Assembly (NCBI GenBank): GCA_964473925.1
Contig: CAYYVW010000003.1
Span: 3,179-67,178 of the forward strand
Source: an uncultured Verrucomicrobiaceae bacterium
Lineage (GTDB): Bacteria > Verrucomicrobiota > Verrucomicrobiia > Methylacidiphilales > CAYYVW01
Direction of reading: 5' to 3'
DNA: 64,000 nucleotides
The first letter of the stretch is position 1, and the number at the start of each line of letters is the position of its first letter. Made by a program: the position numbers and the translations under genes. Shown piece after piece: positions 27,395 to 36,706 of the stretch. The notes below the pieces were generated by a model. It did no database searches, was not told where the DNA came from, and worked only from the letters and a program-made list of their open reading frames with translations.

Positions 27395-28207
27395 ATGAGC
27401 GCCCGCCCCCGCGTCCCCGTCATCCTGACGATTGCCGGCTCAGATAACAGCGGCGGCGCAGGGCTACAGGCGGATCTCAAGACGATCACCACCCTGGGCG
27501 GATACGGCGCCACAGCGGTCACGTGCATCGTGGCGGAGCATCCGGGGCGAGTTGTCAAAATCACTCCTGTTGCCGCGGATCAAGTTCGCCGGCAAATCGA
27601 CCTAGTCTTTGAGGCGATGCCCGTGGCGGCAATCAAAACCGGAATGCTTTATTCCGCTGCGATCATCCGAGCAGTCGTGGAGGCCCTGGCTGCGCTCGGC
27701 AGGAAGCGCCCGCCCTTAGTGGTCGACCCGGTCATGTTGGCGACAGTCGGGACGTCGCTGATGGAGCCAACCGCTGAGAAAGTCCTTCGCCAGCAACTAC
27801 TTCCGATGGCAACATGCGTCACACCCAACGCGGATGAAGCAATGCGCCTTTTAAAGAAGCCAATTCGCTCAATAAACGATCTAAAATCAGCTGCAATTGA
27901 ACTAGAATCTATTTTTGAATCTAGTTTTATCGTTAAAGGCGGCCATCTTAAACTACCTCAATCTGTCGATATTCTCTGCCAAAAAGGCAGGGTGCGTGCC
28001 TATTCTGTGAAGACAATTCCAGATGCAAACCCGCATGGCACCGGCTGCACCTTTTCCGCCGCAATCGCGACCCGGCTCGGATTTGGAGATTCGCTTCCGG
28101 AGGCCGTAGCAGTCGGCAAGCGCTTCATTACCCGCGCCATCAAAAATCGTCTCCGCTTAGGGCCGTACGACTTGCTCTATCAGTTGCCTGAGCGCGCGTG
28201 GAAGTAG
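27395..28207 (+). CDS. thiD: Hydroxymethylpyrimidine/phosphomethylpyrimidine kinase ThiD
   Basis: From the internal ATG at 27395: VILTIAGSDNSGGAGLQADLKT and HGTGCTFSAAIA motifs. The upstream part of the track ORF is antisense to apaG. Confidence 0.88.
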   Translation: MSARPRVPVILTIAGSDNSGGAGLQADLKTITTLGGYGATAVTCIVAEHPGRVVKITPVAADQVRRQIDLVFEAMPVAAIKTGMLYSAAIIRAVVEALAALGRKRPPLVVDPVMLATVGTSLMEPTAEKVLRQQLLPMATCVTPNADEAMRLLKKPIRSINDLKSAAIELESIFESSFIVKGGHLKLPQSVDILCQKGRVRAYSVKTIPDANPHGTGCTFSAAIATRLGFGDSLPEAVAVGKRFITRAIKNRLRLGPYDLLYQLPERAWK

Positions 28208-28268
28208 CGAAAAATTCTGCTGCTGCATGAATGCTCCGATCTCGAGCTCGATGAGTGACACAGCTTTT

Positions 28269-28371
28269 GTCATCCCGAGCTTGTCGAGGGATCTGGGTTC
28301 TATAAGTGTCGCATTGCTCTTGCAGGCGAAGATTTCTCGAATCGGGCCTGACGGCCCTCTCTCGAAATGAC
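28269..28371. repeat. ~103-bp imperfect palindromic element of the GTCATCCCGAG... family
   Basis: The left arm GTCATCCCGAGCTTGTCGAGGG faces the right arm CCCTCTCTCGAAATGAC. The interior TGCAGGCGAAGA..AATCGGG matches the copy in the MBL gene. It is intergenic, downstream of thiD. Confidence 0.6.
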
Positions 28372-28464
28372 GAATTTTTTATAGACCGTACCACTCCCCA
28401 AGCTTGCCAAGATTCTCTGCCATCGGCAGCCTCTTGTTTCGTGCAGCTTAACTCTTTCCGATCG

Positions 28465-29130
28465 ATGCCCCTCCTCCTTTCCTTCCTGCTCCTGCTCCTC
28501 GCAGGCGGGCCAATTCCCGCTGCGGCCCAAGTCCCGACGCAGGGGCCAATTGAAATGCCGAAGCATTATCAGGCCCAGATGGTGACGACGACGCCCGGCG
28601 GTAGAACTAATAATATTACGGTCTACTGCAACGGCAAAAATATGCGCAGCGAGGTGGAAGCCGAGGGCCTGAGCATGATCACCATCACGCGTGCCGATCG
28701 TAAGGCAATCTACAACCTCATGCCGTCGCAGAAATCCTATTTTGTCATCCCGTTCAAAGAGAAAGAGATCCGTGCGCTCAAGGAAGAGCTCAAACCCAAG
28801 ATCGAATGGCGCCGCGAGGGGCAAGAGACGCTGAACGGCCGGCTGTGCGATAAGTACATCCTGGCCAGCGAGTTGCACGGCTCTGAAGGACCGACCCACT
28901 CCTCCACTGTATATTATATAGACGCCTCCACAAAGCGCCCTGTCCGCATCATTGCCGGCTCGGGTCAACAGCAGTCGATCACCGATTACGTCCAGATCAC
29001 TGAGGTGGAGCCACCTGCCGCGCTCTTTGAAGTGCCCGCAGGCTACACGAAAATTCAGATGCCCAATCTGGTACTGCCCAATGGAGCAGGCGGTGCCCCT
29101 GCTGCGCAACCGGCAGAGACAGCTCGCTAG
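28465..29130 (+). CDS. Secreted LolA-like/DUF4412-like protein, paralog 1
   Basis: A signal peptide (MPLLLSFLLLLLAGGPIPAAAQ) and the C-terminal LFEVPAGYTKI motif shared with the next gene. Confidence 0.55.
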   Translation: MPLLLSFLLLLLAGGPIPAAAQVPTQGPIEMPKHYQAQMVTTTPGGRTNNITVYCNGKNMRSEVEAEGLSMITITRADRKAIYNLMPSQKSYFVIPFKEKEIRALKEELKPKIEWRREGQETLNGRLCDKYILASELHGSEGPTHSSTVYYIDASTKRPVRIIAGSGQQQSITDYVQITEVEPPAALFEVPAGYTKIQMPNLVLPNGAGGAPAAQPAETAR

Positions 29131-29159
29131 TACGTTCCTATCTTTCGAGCTTGCTCTCA

Positions 29160-29834
29160 ATGAATAAGATGCAACGGCAGGACTGGATGTTGCCAGCGAT
29201 CTTCCTCGCGTTTGTCCTTGGAGCTTCTACCGCTCTTGCGGCCCCCGCGGCCTCCTCCATGCCCGTGACTGCGACCACGCCGGGGCTGCTGCTGGAAGGC
29301 TCTTCCCTTGCCGCGCCGGTTGATTTTCCGACTCGGTACCGGACCGAAACGATCGTGCAGCAAGAAAAAGGACCGCCTGTCGAGATGGCGCTCGCCTCGG
29401 ACGGCAACAAAAGCCGGACCGAGATCCGGCAGGACGGGCAGCCCGTTTCCATCATCATCAACCGCCCAGACCTGGGGCTGCGCTACGAGATTAGTCCGGC
29501 GCAGCGCACTTACCGCCGCCTTCCGTTGGATGCGACCGAGGCCCCTACCAACCCGGCTGCCGATTCCAACGCACAGTGGTATCCGCTTGGAGCCGAAAAG
29601 GTTGGAGATAATGAATGTGTGAAATACCGCGTTGTTTCCCCGGTCCGACAAGCCAGCGGACGAATGGAAGCAGCGGACCTTCTTTATTGGGTTGATCCTA
29701 AGACGCGGACGCCCGTCAAAATCCAGCAAGGGACCGGAGCCGCCGCCGTGACGACCGAATTCCGCAAAACGCAGCTTGGGCCCGTCGAAGCCGGCCTTTT
29801 CGAGCCCCCGGCCGATTACACGCCTGTATTTTAG
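29160..29834 (+). CDS. Secreted LolA-like/DUF4412-like protein, paralog 2
   Basis: It has a signal peptide. Blocks shared with the previous gene: G..R.E....G, C.KY, T..PV.I..G.G and LFEPPADYTPV. Confidence 0.55.
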   Translation: MNKMQRQDWMLPAIFLAFVLGASTALAAPAASSMPVTATTPGLLLEGSSLAAPVDFPTRYRTETIVQQEKGPPVEMALASDGNKSRTEIRQDGQPVSIIINRPDLGLRYEISPAQRTYRRLPLDATEAPTNPAADSNAQWYPLGAEKVGDNECVKYRVVSPVRQASGRMEAADLLYWVDPKTRTPVKIQQGTGAAAVTTEFRKTQLGPVEAGLFEPPADYTPVF

Positions 29835-29926
29835 CTTCCGCTAAAAAAGCTTGCGTCCAACGGGGGATATGGCATCGTGCCGGGCCCTGTTTTAGGGGGC
29901 TTTTTCAATAGACCTAAGGAATTTTC

Positions 29927-30280
29927 ATGTACGCAATCATCCGCACCGGTGGCAAGCAGTACCGCGTCGCTCCCGGCGATATTTTGGACGTCGAGCTTTT
30001 GCCCGGCACGCCCGCGCCTGCCGCCGGCAACCCCGCCTCCAAGCCTTCTCAATCCGCCGCTTTCTCAGAAGTGCTGCTCATTGGCGGGGATTCCGGCACG
30101 CAGCTGGGCAGCCCGGTGATCGATGGCGCGAGCGTCACGTTCGAGTTTGTCGACTCCATCAAGGCACCCAAAGTAATCGCCTACAAATTCAAACGCCGCA
30201 AGGGCTACCACCGCACGGTTGGCCATCGGCAGAAGCTCAGCCGCATCAAAGTTCTCAAAATTGAGGGCGGCAAGAAATAA
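29927..30280 (+). CDS. rplU: 50S ribosomal protein L21
   Basis: [14 protein letters not shown] and [16 protein letters not shown]. Confidence 0.92.
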   Translation: MYAIIRTGGKQYRVAPGDILDVELLPGTPAPAAGNPASKPSQSAAFSEVLLIGGDSGTQLGSPVIDGASVTFEFVDSIKAPKVIAYKFKRRKGYHRTVGHRQKLSRIKVLKIEGGKK

Positions 30281-30292
30281 TCGAGGAGTTTT

Positions 30293-30595
30293 ATGGCGCA
30301 TAAAAAGGGACAGGGAAGTGTTAAAAACGGCCGCGATAGCCAATCCAACCGGCTCGGCATTAAAAAATTCGGTGGTCAGCGCGTGATCGGCGGCAACATT
30401 CTGGTCCGTCAGCGCGGCACGCGTTGGCGCGCAGGCCGTAACGTCGGCATGGGCCGGGACCACACGCTCTTCTCGCTTGCCGAAGGCGTCGTCATTTACG
30501 ACCGCGAAAACCGCCGCGTACATGTTGGCGCGCCAAAAGCGGCTACTGCTCCGGCCACGCCCAAGAAAAAGCCCGCTTCCAGCGCTGCGGCTTAG
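30293..30595 (+). CDS. rpmA: 50S ribosomal protein L27
   Basis: [29 protein letters not shown]. Confidence 0.93.
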   Translation: MAHKKGQGSVKNGRDSQSNRLGIKKFGGQRVIGGNILVRQRGTRWRAGRNVGMGRDHTLFSLAEGVVIYDRENRRVHVGAPKAATAPATPKKKPASSAAA

Positions 30596-30633
30596 TTCTG
30601 TTTTTACGGGACGCTTGCGGTAAGCTCCCTTTC

Positions 30634-31824
30634 ATGATCACCTTCGTCGATCAAGCGCGCCTGATTGCGCGTGCCGGCCGTGGAGGGGATGGCTCGTCCT
30701 CTTTCCTGCGCGAGAAGTTTCGGCCCAAGGGCGGACCGGATGGCGGCGATGGCGGTAAGGGCGGCGACATCGTGCTCGAAGTCAATCCGCACATGAACAA
30801 TCTGGCGCACCTCAAGCTCTCGCCGCACCAGTTTGCCAAGGATGGCCAGCGCGGCGGCAAAAAACAGATGTCGGGCAAAGGCGGCGCCGACCGAATTCTG
30901 GAAGTTCCGCCGGGGACGCTCATCAGCCGTCTGCCGGACCGCGAGGCCCTGGGCACTGCCACTTCGGCGGAGACGGCGATGCCCCAGGAGCGCGTCGAAG
31001 TCGTCGCCGATCTCACGCAAGCCGGGCAGCGTTTCGTCCTGTGCCGCGGCGGACGCGGCGGCCGGGGCAACCAGCATTTCAAGTCATCTGTTAACCAAGC
31101 GCCGCGCCGCTGGGAAGAAGGACAGCCGGGCGAGCTCGGGCATTTTCTCCTCGAGCTTAAATCGATCGCGGATATCGGTCTGGTCGGGTATCCCAACGCG
31201 GGCAAGTCGACGCTGCTCTCCCGCGTTTCACATGCGCGGCCGAAAATTGCGCCTTACCCGTTCACGACGCTTGCGCCGATGATTGGCATCGTCGAATACG
31301 CCGACTACGCGCGCGTGTCAGTTGCGGATATTCCGGGCCTCGTCGAAGGCGCGCACGCGGGCGTGGGCCTGGGCCATCAATTCTTGCGGCATATCGAACG
31401 CTGCCGACTGTTGCTCTACGTGCTCGACATGAGCGGGGAAGAAAACCGTTCGCCGCTGGAGGATTTCGCCTCGCTGCGCCGAGAACTGAAGCTGCATGAT
31501 GCGTCGTTGGCAGCACGCCCGTTCCTGATCGCCGCCAATAAAATGGATCGCCCCGCCTCTCAGGAAAATTTGCTGCTGCTGCGACGCAAGCATCCACGCC
31601 TCACGATTCTTCCGATCAGCGCAGAGCAAGGCGAAGGCGTTCCGGAATTACGGGAGGCGCTCCGGATATGGATTGCAGACCCAAGCGCGGCGGCATCCAA
31701 AACAAAATCTGCGGCAAGCGCTTCGACCGTGGCGCGCAAAAAAAAGCCAGCTCAGTCCCGCGCCTCGTCCTCTTCCGCTTCTAAAGGCGGTAAAAAAGCA
31801 CGTGCGCCGCGCGCATCCAAGTAG
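30634..31824 (+). CDS. obg: GTPase Obg/CgtA with a basic C-terminal tail
   Basis: FVDQARLIARAGRGGDGSSSF with a Gly-rich Obg fold, plus GYPNAGKST and DIPGLVEGA G-motifs. Confidence 0.92.
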   Translation: MITFVDQARLIARAGRGGDGSSSFLREKFRPKGGPDGGDGGKGGDIVLEVNPHMNNLAHLKLSPHQFAKDGQRGGKKQMSGKGGADRILEVPPGTLISRLPDREALGTATSAETAMPQERVEVVADLTQAGQRFVLCRGGRGGRGNQHFKSSVNQAPRRWEEGQPGELGHFLLELKSIADIGLVGYPNAGKSTLLSRVSHARPKIAPYPFTTLAPMIGIVEYADYARVSVADIPGLVEGAHAGVGLGHQFLRHIERCRLLLYVLDMSGEENRSPLEDFASLRRELKLHDASLAARPFLIAANKMDRPASQENLLLLRRKHPRLTILPISAEQGEGVPELREALRIWIADPSAAASKTKSAASASTVARKKKPAQSRASSSSASKGGKKARAPRASK

Positions 31825-32213
31825 GCCTGCAAAAAAACCGCGGCCGATGCGCTGTCGATCCGGCTCCGCTGCGCGCGCGCATCCAGCCCTGCCTCCTGCA
31901 ACCGGCGCGAAGCTTCGACCGTCGAGAGGCGCTCGTCGATAAACTCAATCGGCACGCGGACGCTGGCACGCCATTTCTCGACCCACGCGCGCGCGGCTTT
32001 CGCCGCTTCGGACTCACGACCATCCAAATGCCGCGGCAGACCCACCAGGATTTTTTCTACTTCGCGCGCTTCAAGAATTTTCCCGAGCGCCGCAGTGAAC
32101 GCCGGAAGCGGTTCTGGAGCAACGGCGTCGAGCGGCACGGCCAAGAAACCCGTCGCGTCGCTCACCGCAATGCCCACGCGCTTGGCACCGGGATCGAGAG
32201 CGAGCGTGATCAT
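31752..32213 (-). CDS. ruvX: Holliday-junction-resolvase-like nuclease RuvX (YqgF)
   Basis: LALDPGAKRVGIAVSD, DERLSTVEA and SAAVFLQAYLD. Its 3' end overlaps the convergent obg gene by 73 nt. Confidence 0.85.
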   Translation of the reverse strand: MITLALDPGAKRVGIAVSDATGFLAVPLDAVAPEPLPAFTAALGKILEAREVEKILVGLPRHLDGRESEAAKAARAWVEKWRASVRVPIEFIDERLSTVEASRRLQEAGLDARAQRSRIDSASAAVFLQAYLDARGARAFLPPLEAEEDEARD

Positions 32214-32225
32214 AAATTTGAGCGA

Positions 32226-33002
32226 TTATTTCTTCCGGCCTAAAATCCATCGCTCGCCTAAGATTCGCAAGCCTTGGAGCGTGAGACGCGGATCCACTTT
32301 CTGAATGAGCTCTGGCAATCCGCGCGCGACGAGCTGCGCCTGTCCGCCCGTCGCGATGATGTGCCAGCGGAGGCGATTGCGCGGATCGAGTTCCTTGCGA
32401 ATACCGCCCACCACTTCTCGCACTAGGCCTCGGTAGCCAATCACCGCACCAATGCGCATTGCCTCAACCGTACTATTACCGACCGCCCGCCGCGGTTCAC
32501 GCACATCGATGCGCGGCAGCAGCGCCGTTTTCTCGTGCAGGTAATCGGTCATTGCATTTAAGCCCGGTGCAATGACACCGCCATGATAAGCGCCCTGCGG
32601 ATTGAGTACGTCAAACGTCACCGCGGTTCCGAAATCGATCACGATCGCCGGCCAACCATGCAGCGTGCGCGCGGCGACGGCATTGGCAAGGATGTCCGCA
32701 CCAATCTGCCGCTTGTGAGGGAAACGGATGCCCATTCCCAAATCCGCACCGCCGTGCACGCGATGGACACGGCAGCCCCACGCACGCGCGAGCCGCGCCG
32801 TGCAAGCTGGGACGACGCTCGCGAGGATGATCTCTCCCTCAGAATTCTTCCGCGCCCAATCGCATGCCCACGTCGCGGTTATTTTCGGTGTCGGCACACG
32901 GTGCGCCGCGCCCAATTTGCCGCGCTGCACACGGGCCCACTTGGTGTAGGAATTGCTGACATCCACCACGAAGAAAAATTTCTTTGAAACTGAAGCACTC
33001 AT
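32226..33002 (-). CDS. coaX: Type III pantothenate kinase CoaX
   Basis: From the ATG at 33002: FFVVDVSNSYTKWA, VIDFGTAVTFD and ATGG motifs. Confidence 0.85.
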   Translation of the reverse strand: MSASVSKKFFFVVDVSNSYTKWARVQRGKLGAAHRVPTPKITATWACDWARKNSEGEIILASVVPACTARLARAWGCRVHRVHGGADLGMGIRFPHKRQIGADILANAVAARTLHGWPAIVIDFGTAVTFDVLNPQGAYHGGVIAPGLNAMTDYLHEKTALLPRIDVREPRRAVGNSTVEAMRIGAVIGYRGLVREVVGGIRKELDPRNRLRWHIIATGGQAQLVARGLPELIQKVDPRLTLQGLRILGERWILGRKK

Positions 33003-33021
33003 AAATTCTCTTGATTGACTG

Positions 33022-34929
33022 CTACCAGACTTCCAGCTGCAGCTGCTCTTGACCGAGCAATGTCTGCGCGCGCACGACTGCTTGTTTTGTCGAAATCGCC
33101 GGAGCATGCGCCGCCCCAAACACGTTCTCAGCGCCCAATACATCGAGCGCGCCGCTGCGATGAAGCACGCGCTGTGCCGCGCGCGAGACGCCGCTCAAGA
33201 TCAAATGCCGTCCATTGCGCGCGAGTTCTTGATGCAGTTCCATGAGCGACATGATGCTGGTCGCATCGAGCATCCGCGCGTCTTTGAGCCGGACAATCAG
33301 CACGCGCACATCGGGTGCGCGCGCTAGCTGCCGCAATTGACGGTCCAGGAATCCAGCAGAGCCAAAAAATAAATCTCCCTGGACGTGCACGATCGCCACG
33401 CGCGCGTCGGGCCGCTGTCCTCCCACTGCCAGCGGCTGCAATCCAACTTCTGGATCGACGACATATTCGGCCATCATCGGATAGCTCGACTGACGCAAGT
33501 ACATCAAGATGGAGACGGTCACTCCTAAAAAAATCGCGACGTTCAGCGGCACCAGGAGCCCCGCTATAATCGTGATGATCAGTACGCTGCTGTCATCTCG
33601 CGAGGTGGAAAAACCAACACGCAAGAGCTGTCGGTTCAGCAATCCGAAACACGAAAGCACAATGAGCGCTGCCATCGCAGACCGCGGAATCCATTCCACC
33701 GCTAAGATGAGCAGTGGCGCGGCAGCAATGCAAAATCCGCCCGCAAAAAAACCGGTCAGAGGCGTCATCGCGCCGCTGGCCGCGTTCATGGAAGAACGAT
33801 TGAGCGAGACGGAAGCCGGCATCCCCGAGCTGACCGAGCAGGCGACGTTGGCCGCGCCGAGCGCGAAAATGTCCTGATCCAAGTTCGGCGTTTCAGGATT
33901 GCGCCGCACTGCTTGCGTCACAAAAAGCGTTTCCAACGAAGCCACCATCGCGATCGCCAGGGCGCTGCCGCTTAAAAGCCCGAACCACGTCAGGTCCAAC
34001 GCGGGGAACGTCCAGGGCATTTCACTGAGCTGCGTCGACTCCATCAATGCGGGGCGAACTCCCCAATGACCTAGCCATGCCGTGAGCAGACTGACAAAAC
34101 TCAGCACCAAAACCGCTTGCGGTATTTTTGGAAATCGCCGGCGCAAATGCCAAAAAAGCAGGCCGGTGATCGTCGCCAGCGCAAGATCCACCCATTGCAA
34201 ATTGGGCAACACCGCTAAGGTCCGCCGACACGTATCCCAAAACGTGGTTCCACCCACCGAACCGAGCCCGAGCAAATCATCGAGCTCATGCACCACAATT
34301 AACGCAACCGCCGCGACGGTATATCCCAGCAGCACCGTTCTGGAAATAAATCGCATGAATCGCGACACGCGCAGTAAGGAAGCGGCCAAAAGCGTCATGC
34401 CCACCATGAGCACGAGCAGGCTGATCGCGTCTGGCCGGGAAACTTGGGGCGGAAGCGTCATCAAGCAGCTCAGCAGCGTAATCGCCGTCGTGTTCGTAGG
34501 CCCGATTGCCATGCAGGCGGAATGTGACCAAAGCGCTGCCACCATCGGCGCAATCGCCGCGCAGTAAATTCCGTACTTGATCGGCACTCCAGCGAGCGCA
34601 GCAAACGCGATCCCTTGTGGGAACGCCAGAAGCGCGACGTTGAGCCCCGCAAAAAAATCAGCCCGCAGCTTCGAATTGTTATACTGCGGCATCCACGCGC
34701 CCAGCGGCCGGAAATTTAAATGCGGCCATTGGCGCTTCCACCAGCTTTTCAGGATGATCGGCCCCCCTGAAGAAGCGCTGCCTTGAGAGGCGCGTTGCTG
34801 CTTGAGACGCCGCCGCCGCTTCAACCAATACGCCACTTGCTGCATCGCGCGCTGTTGGAGCCGCCGCGCGCGCGCGACATAGCGATCTCGGATGGGTCGA
34901 TAGATAGACTCAAACATGGCTTTTTTCAT
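33022..34929 (-). CDS. SulP-family anion transporter with a C-terminal STAS domain
   Basis: Multiple TM segments, a FAGLNVALLAFPQGIAFA motif and a C-terminal STAS-like region (VLIVRLKDARMLDATS). Confidence 0.85.
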   Translation of the reverse strand: MKKAMFESIYRPIRDRYVARARRLQQRAMQQVAYWLKRRRRLKQQRASQGSASSGGPIILKSWWKRQWPHLNFRPLGAWMPQYNNSKLRADFFAGLNVALLAFPQGIAFAALAGVPIKYGIYCAAIAPMVAALWSHSACMAIGPTNTTAITLLSCLMTLPPQVSRPDAISLLVLMVGMTLLAASLLRVSRFMRFISRTVLLGYTVAAVALIVVHELDDLLGLGSVGGTTFWDTCRRTLAVLPNLQWVDLALATITGLLFWHLRRRFPKIPQAVLVLSFVSLLTAWLGHWGVRPALMESTQLSEMPWTFPALDLTWFGLLSGSALAIAMVASLETLFVTQAVRRNPETPNLDQDIFALGAANVACSVSSGMPASVSLNRSSMNAASGAMTPLTGFFAGGFCIAAAPLLILAVEWIPRSAMAALIVLSCFGLLNRQLLRVGFSTSRDDSSVLIITIIAGLLVPLNVAIFLGVTVSILMYLRQSSYPMMAEYVVDPEVGLQPLAVGGQRPDARVAIVHVQGDLFFGSAGFLDRQLRQLARAPDVRVLIVRLKDARMLDATSIMSLMELHQELARNGRHLILSGVSRAAQRVLHRSGALDVLGAENVFGAAHAPAISTKQAVVRAQTLLGQEQLQLEVW

Positions 34930-34960
34930 TTTGAAGCGACCGGCCCTGCAATAAAACCTA

Positions 34961-35233
34961 GAACAGGTCTCATAAATCCGATATGCCGCGTTGCAAGAGA
35001 TTTCGATCTGCGGCGAGGCGGGAGTGAGGGAGAATAGCCGAAGCGCTCTTTGACCGAGCGAGCAACGAAGCTGCAGATCGAAAGATCTGCAATCCTTTGG
35101 ACGGCGGTTCTTGCGCCGGCAGACTATGTCGCTCAGTCAGTCGAGCATCGCTGCGGATGCACTCCTTTCTTCGCTCCTTGTCTGCTGCCGCAACTACTCA
35201 CCGCGCGGCGCATTGGATTTGTGAGGCCGGTTC
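34961..35233 (+). mobile_element. 273-bp TA-flanked element with imperfect 30-bp terminal inverted repeats (MITE-like or long-stem RNA), copy A
   Basis: Left end GAACAGGTCTCATAAATCCGATATGCCGCG matches the reverse complement of the right end, GAACCGGCCTCACAAATCCAATGCGCCGCG, at 24/30 positions. TA dinucleotides sit at 34959-60 and 35234-35. The interior is homologous to 44443..44717 in opposite orientation. Confidence 0.6.
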
Positions 35234-35287
35234 TAATTAACCGCCCTGTCAAAAAAGCCGCTCTTGATGCGCGCTCTAAAAAATAAT

Positions 35288-36706
35288 TTAACCCCCTGTG
35301 AGCGCTTGAATCCAGGCACTCGCAACTCCTGCCCCAATTCCTCCCACCATCAAAACAATGGTCAGAAAAATCCACGCTGCTTTTTCCATTTCTTCCGTTG
35401 AAAGCGACTGAGATTCGATCGGCTCGGACCAATAAAGAATGCGAATGACGTTGAGGTAGTAGAAAAGCCCGACGATGGCCGCAATGATTCCCGCGACTGC
35501 GAGCCCGTACGCATGCGCATCCCATGCAGCGGCAAAAATGCCGAGCTTTCCGACAAATCCGAAAAGCGGCGGGATCCCCGCGAGTGAAAGGAGCGCCGCG
35601 GCAAGCGTCGCGGCTCCCAACGGGTGGCGGCGATGCAAGCCGGTCCACCGATGCAAATCATCTCCGCCCAGCTGAGGCGCGAGCGCGTGAATTACCCAGA
35701 ACGCCGCCAAGGATGCCGCCGCATACGCGACCAGATACGTCCCGACCGCACTCGTTGCCAGCGGCGTCCCGACTGCGATGCCGATGAGTAAGTAGCCTGT
35801 GTGACCGATACTTGAATACGCCAGCAAGCGCTTCAAGCTTCGTTGCCCGAGCGCAGCCAAATTCCCCCACGCTAAACTTGCCAGCGCAAGCCCGCCGACC
35901 AGACACCGCGTCCATTCGCCCGCATGTGGAACGTGCAGTACGTTTTCGAGCAGTCGTAAAATCACCGCAAAGCCCGCAGCCTTGGAAGCGGTTGCCAAAA
36001 ATGCAGTCACGGGCGTCGGCGCGCCTTGGTAAACATCCGGCGCCCACCAGTGGAACGGCACCGCGGCGACCTTAAACGCAACGCCCGCGAGCGTCAGCGC
36101 CAAGCCAATCTTCAGAAAGAGCGATACTTCAGGAAGCGCTCCAGCTTGCCGCAGCGCTTCAAACTGGAAGGAGCCAGTCGCACCGTACAGATACGCGATG
36201 CCCATCACCAAGAACGCTGAGGAAAGCGCGCCGAGAATCAAATACTTGGCCCCGGCTTCGAGCTGCACTCCTGCGCGCGGCGGATACGCGACCAAAATGT
36301 AGAACGTGATCGTCACCAGCTCGAGCGCGACGAAGAGTAGAAGCAAGTTTGCCGCTGAAGCCAAGAGCAACATTCCGCAGACGACAAAAAGCGGCAGGAT
36401 GAATGTTTCGCCTGAATCATCCGTTCCATTCTTCCGCGGCCACTGCATCGCGACGACCGCCACGGCAATCAGCAAAAAAAGCGCCTTGAAGAATTTTGCC
36501 GAACCGTCCCAAACGTACGCGCCGTTCCATAAGGATGACGCAATGCCGCCTGTCGGGAGCGCCAGGACAATCACCAGCGTGACAGCAAGACCCGCAACCG
36601 CCCAGAGGGCCGTTCGTGCTGCGGGCAAGCGGAAAACGGCTTCGCCCGCGAGCAGGCAGCAAGCCCACGCCGCCAGGACGAGCTCAGGCAGGCAGAAAAT
36701 CGTCAT
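35288..36706 (-). CDS. nuoN: NADH-quinone oxidoreductase subunit N
   Basis: A polytopic antiporter-like subunit (LELVTITFYILVAY). The start ATG at 36706 overlaps the nuoM stop (ATGA). Confidence 0.88.
   Translation of the reverse strand: MTIFCLPELVLAAWACCLLAGEAVFRLPAARTALWAVAGLAVTLVIVLALPTGGIASSLWNGAYVWDGSAKFFKALFLLIAVAVVAMQWPRKNGTDDSGETFILPLFVVCGMLLLASAANLLLLFVALELVTITFYILVAYPPRAGVQLEAGAKYLILGALSSAFLVMGIAYLYGATGSFQFEALRQAGALPEVSLFLKIGLALTLAGVAFKVAAVPFHWWAPDVYQGAPTPVTAFLATASKAAGFAVILRLLENVLHVPHAGEWTRCLVGGLALASLAWGNLAALGQRSLKRLLAYSSIGHTGYLLIGIAVGTPLATSAVGTYLVAYAAASLAAFWVIHALAPQLGGDDLHRWTGLHRRHPLGAATLAAALLSLAGIPPLFGFVGKLGIFAAAWDAHAYGLAVAGIIAAIVGLFYYLNVIRILYWSEPIESQSLSTEEMEKAAWIFLTIVLMVGGIGAGVASAWIQALTGG

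Noticed and set aside
29883-29905. A weak hairpin plus T5 tract after the second LolA-like gene, as a possible terminator
   Set aside because: The stem is only 5 bp (GCCCT/AGGGC), which is too weak to call confidently. It may equally be part of the rplU leader.
35050-35286. ORFs inside the TA-flanked elements (35050..35286 + and 44403..44687 -) that share ALTER..ILWT..SV.H.C.CTP peptides
   Set aside because: The peptide similarity follows from nucleotide conservation. In the best-conserved block, 4 of 6 substitutions are nonsynonymous and nearly all are A/G transitions. The ORFs also run through the terminal inverted repeats and have no good start signals. I treat them as noncoding.
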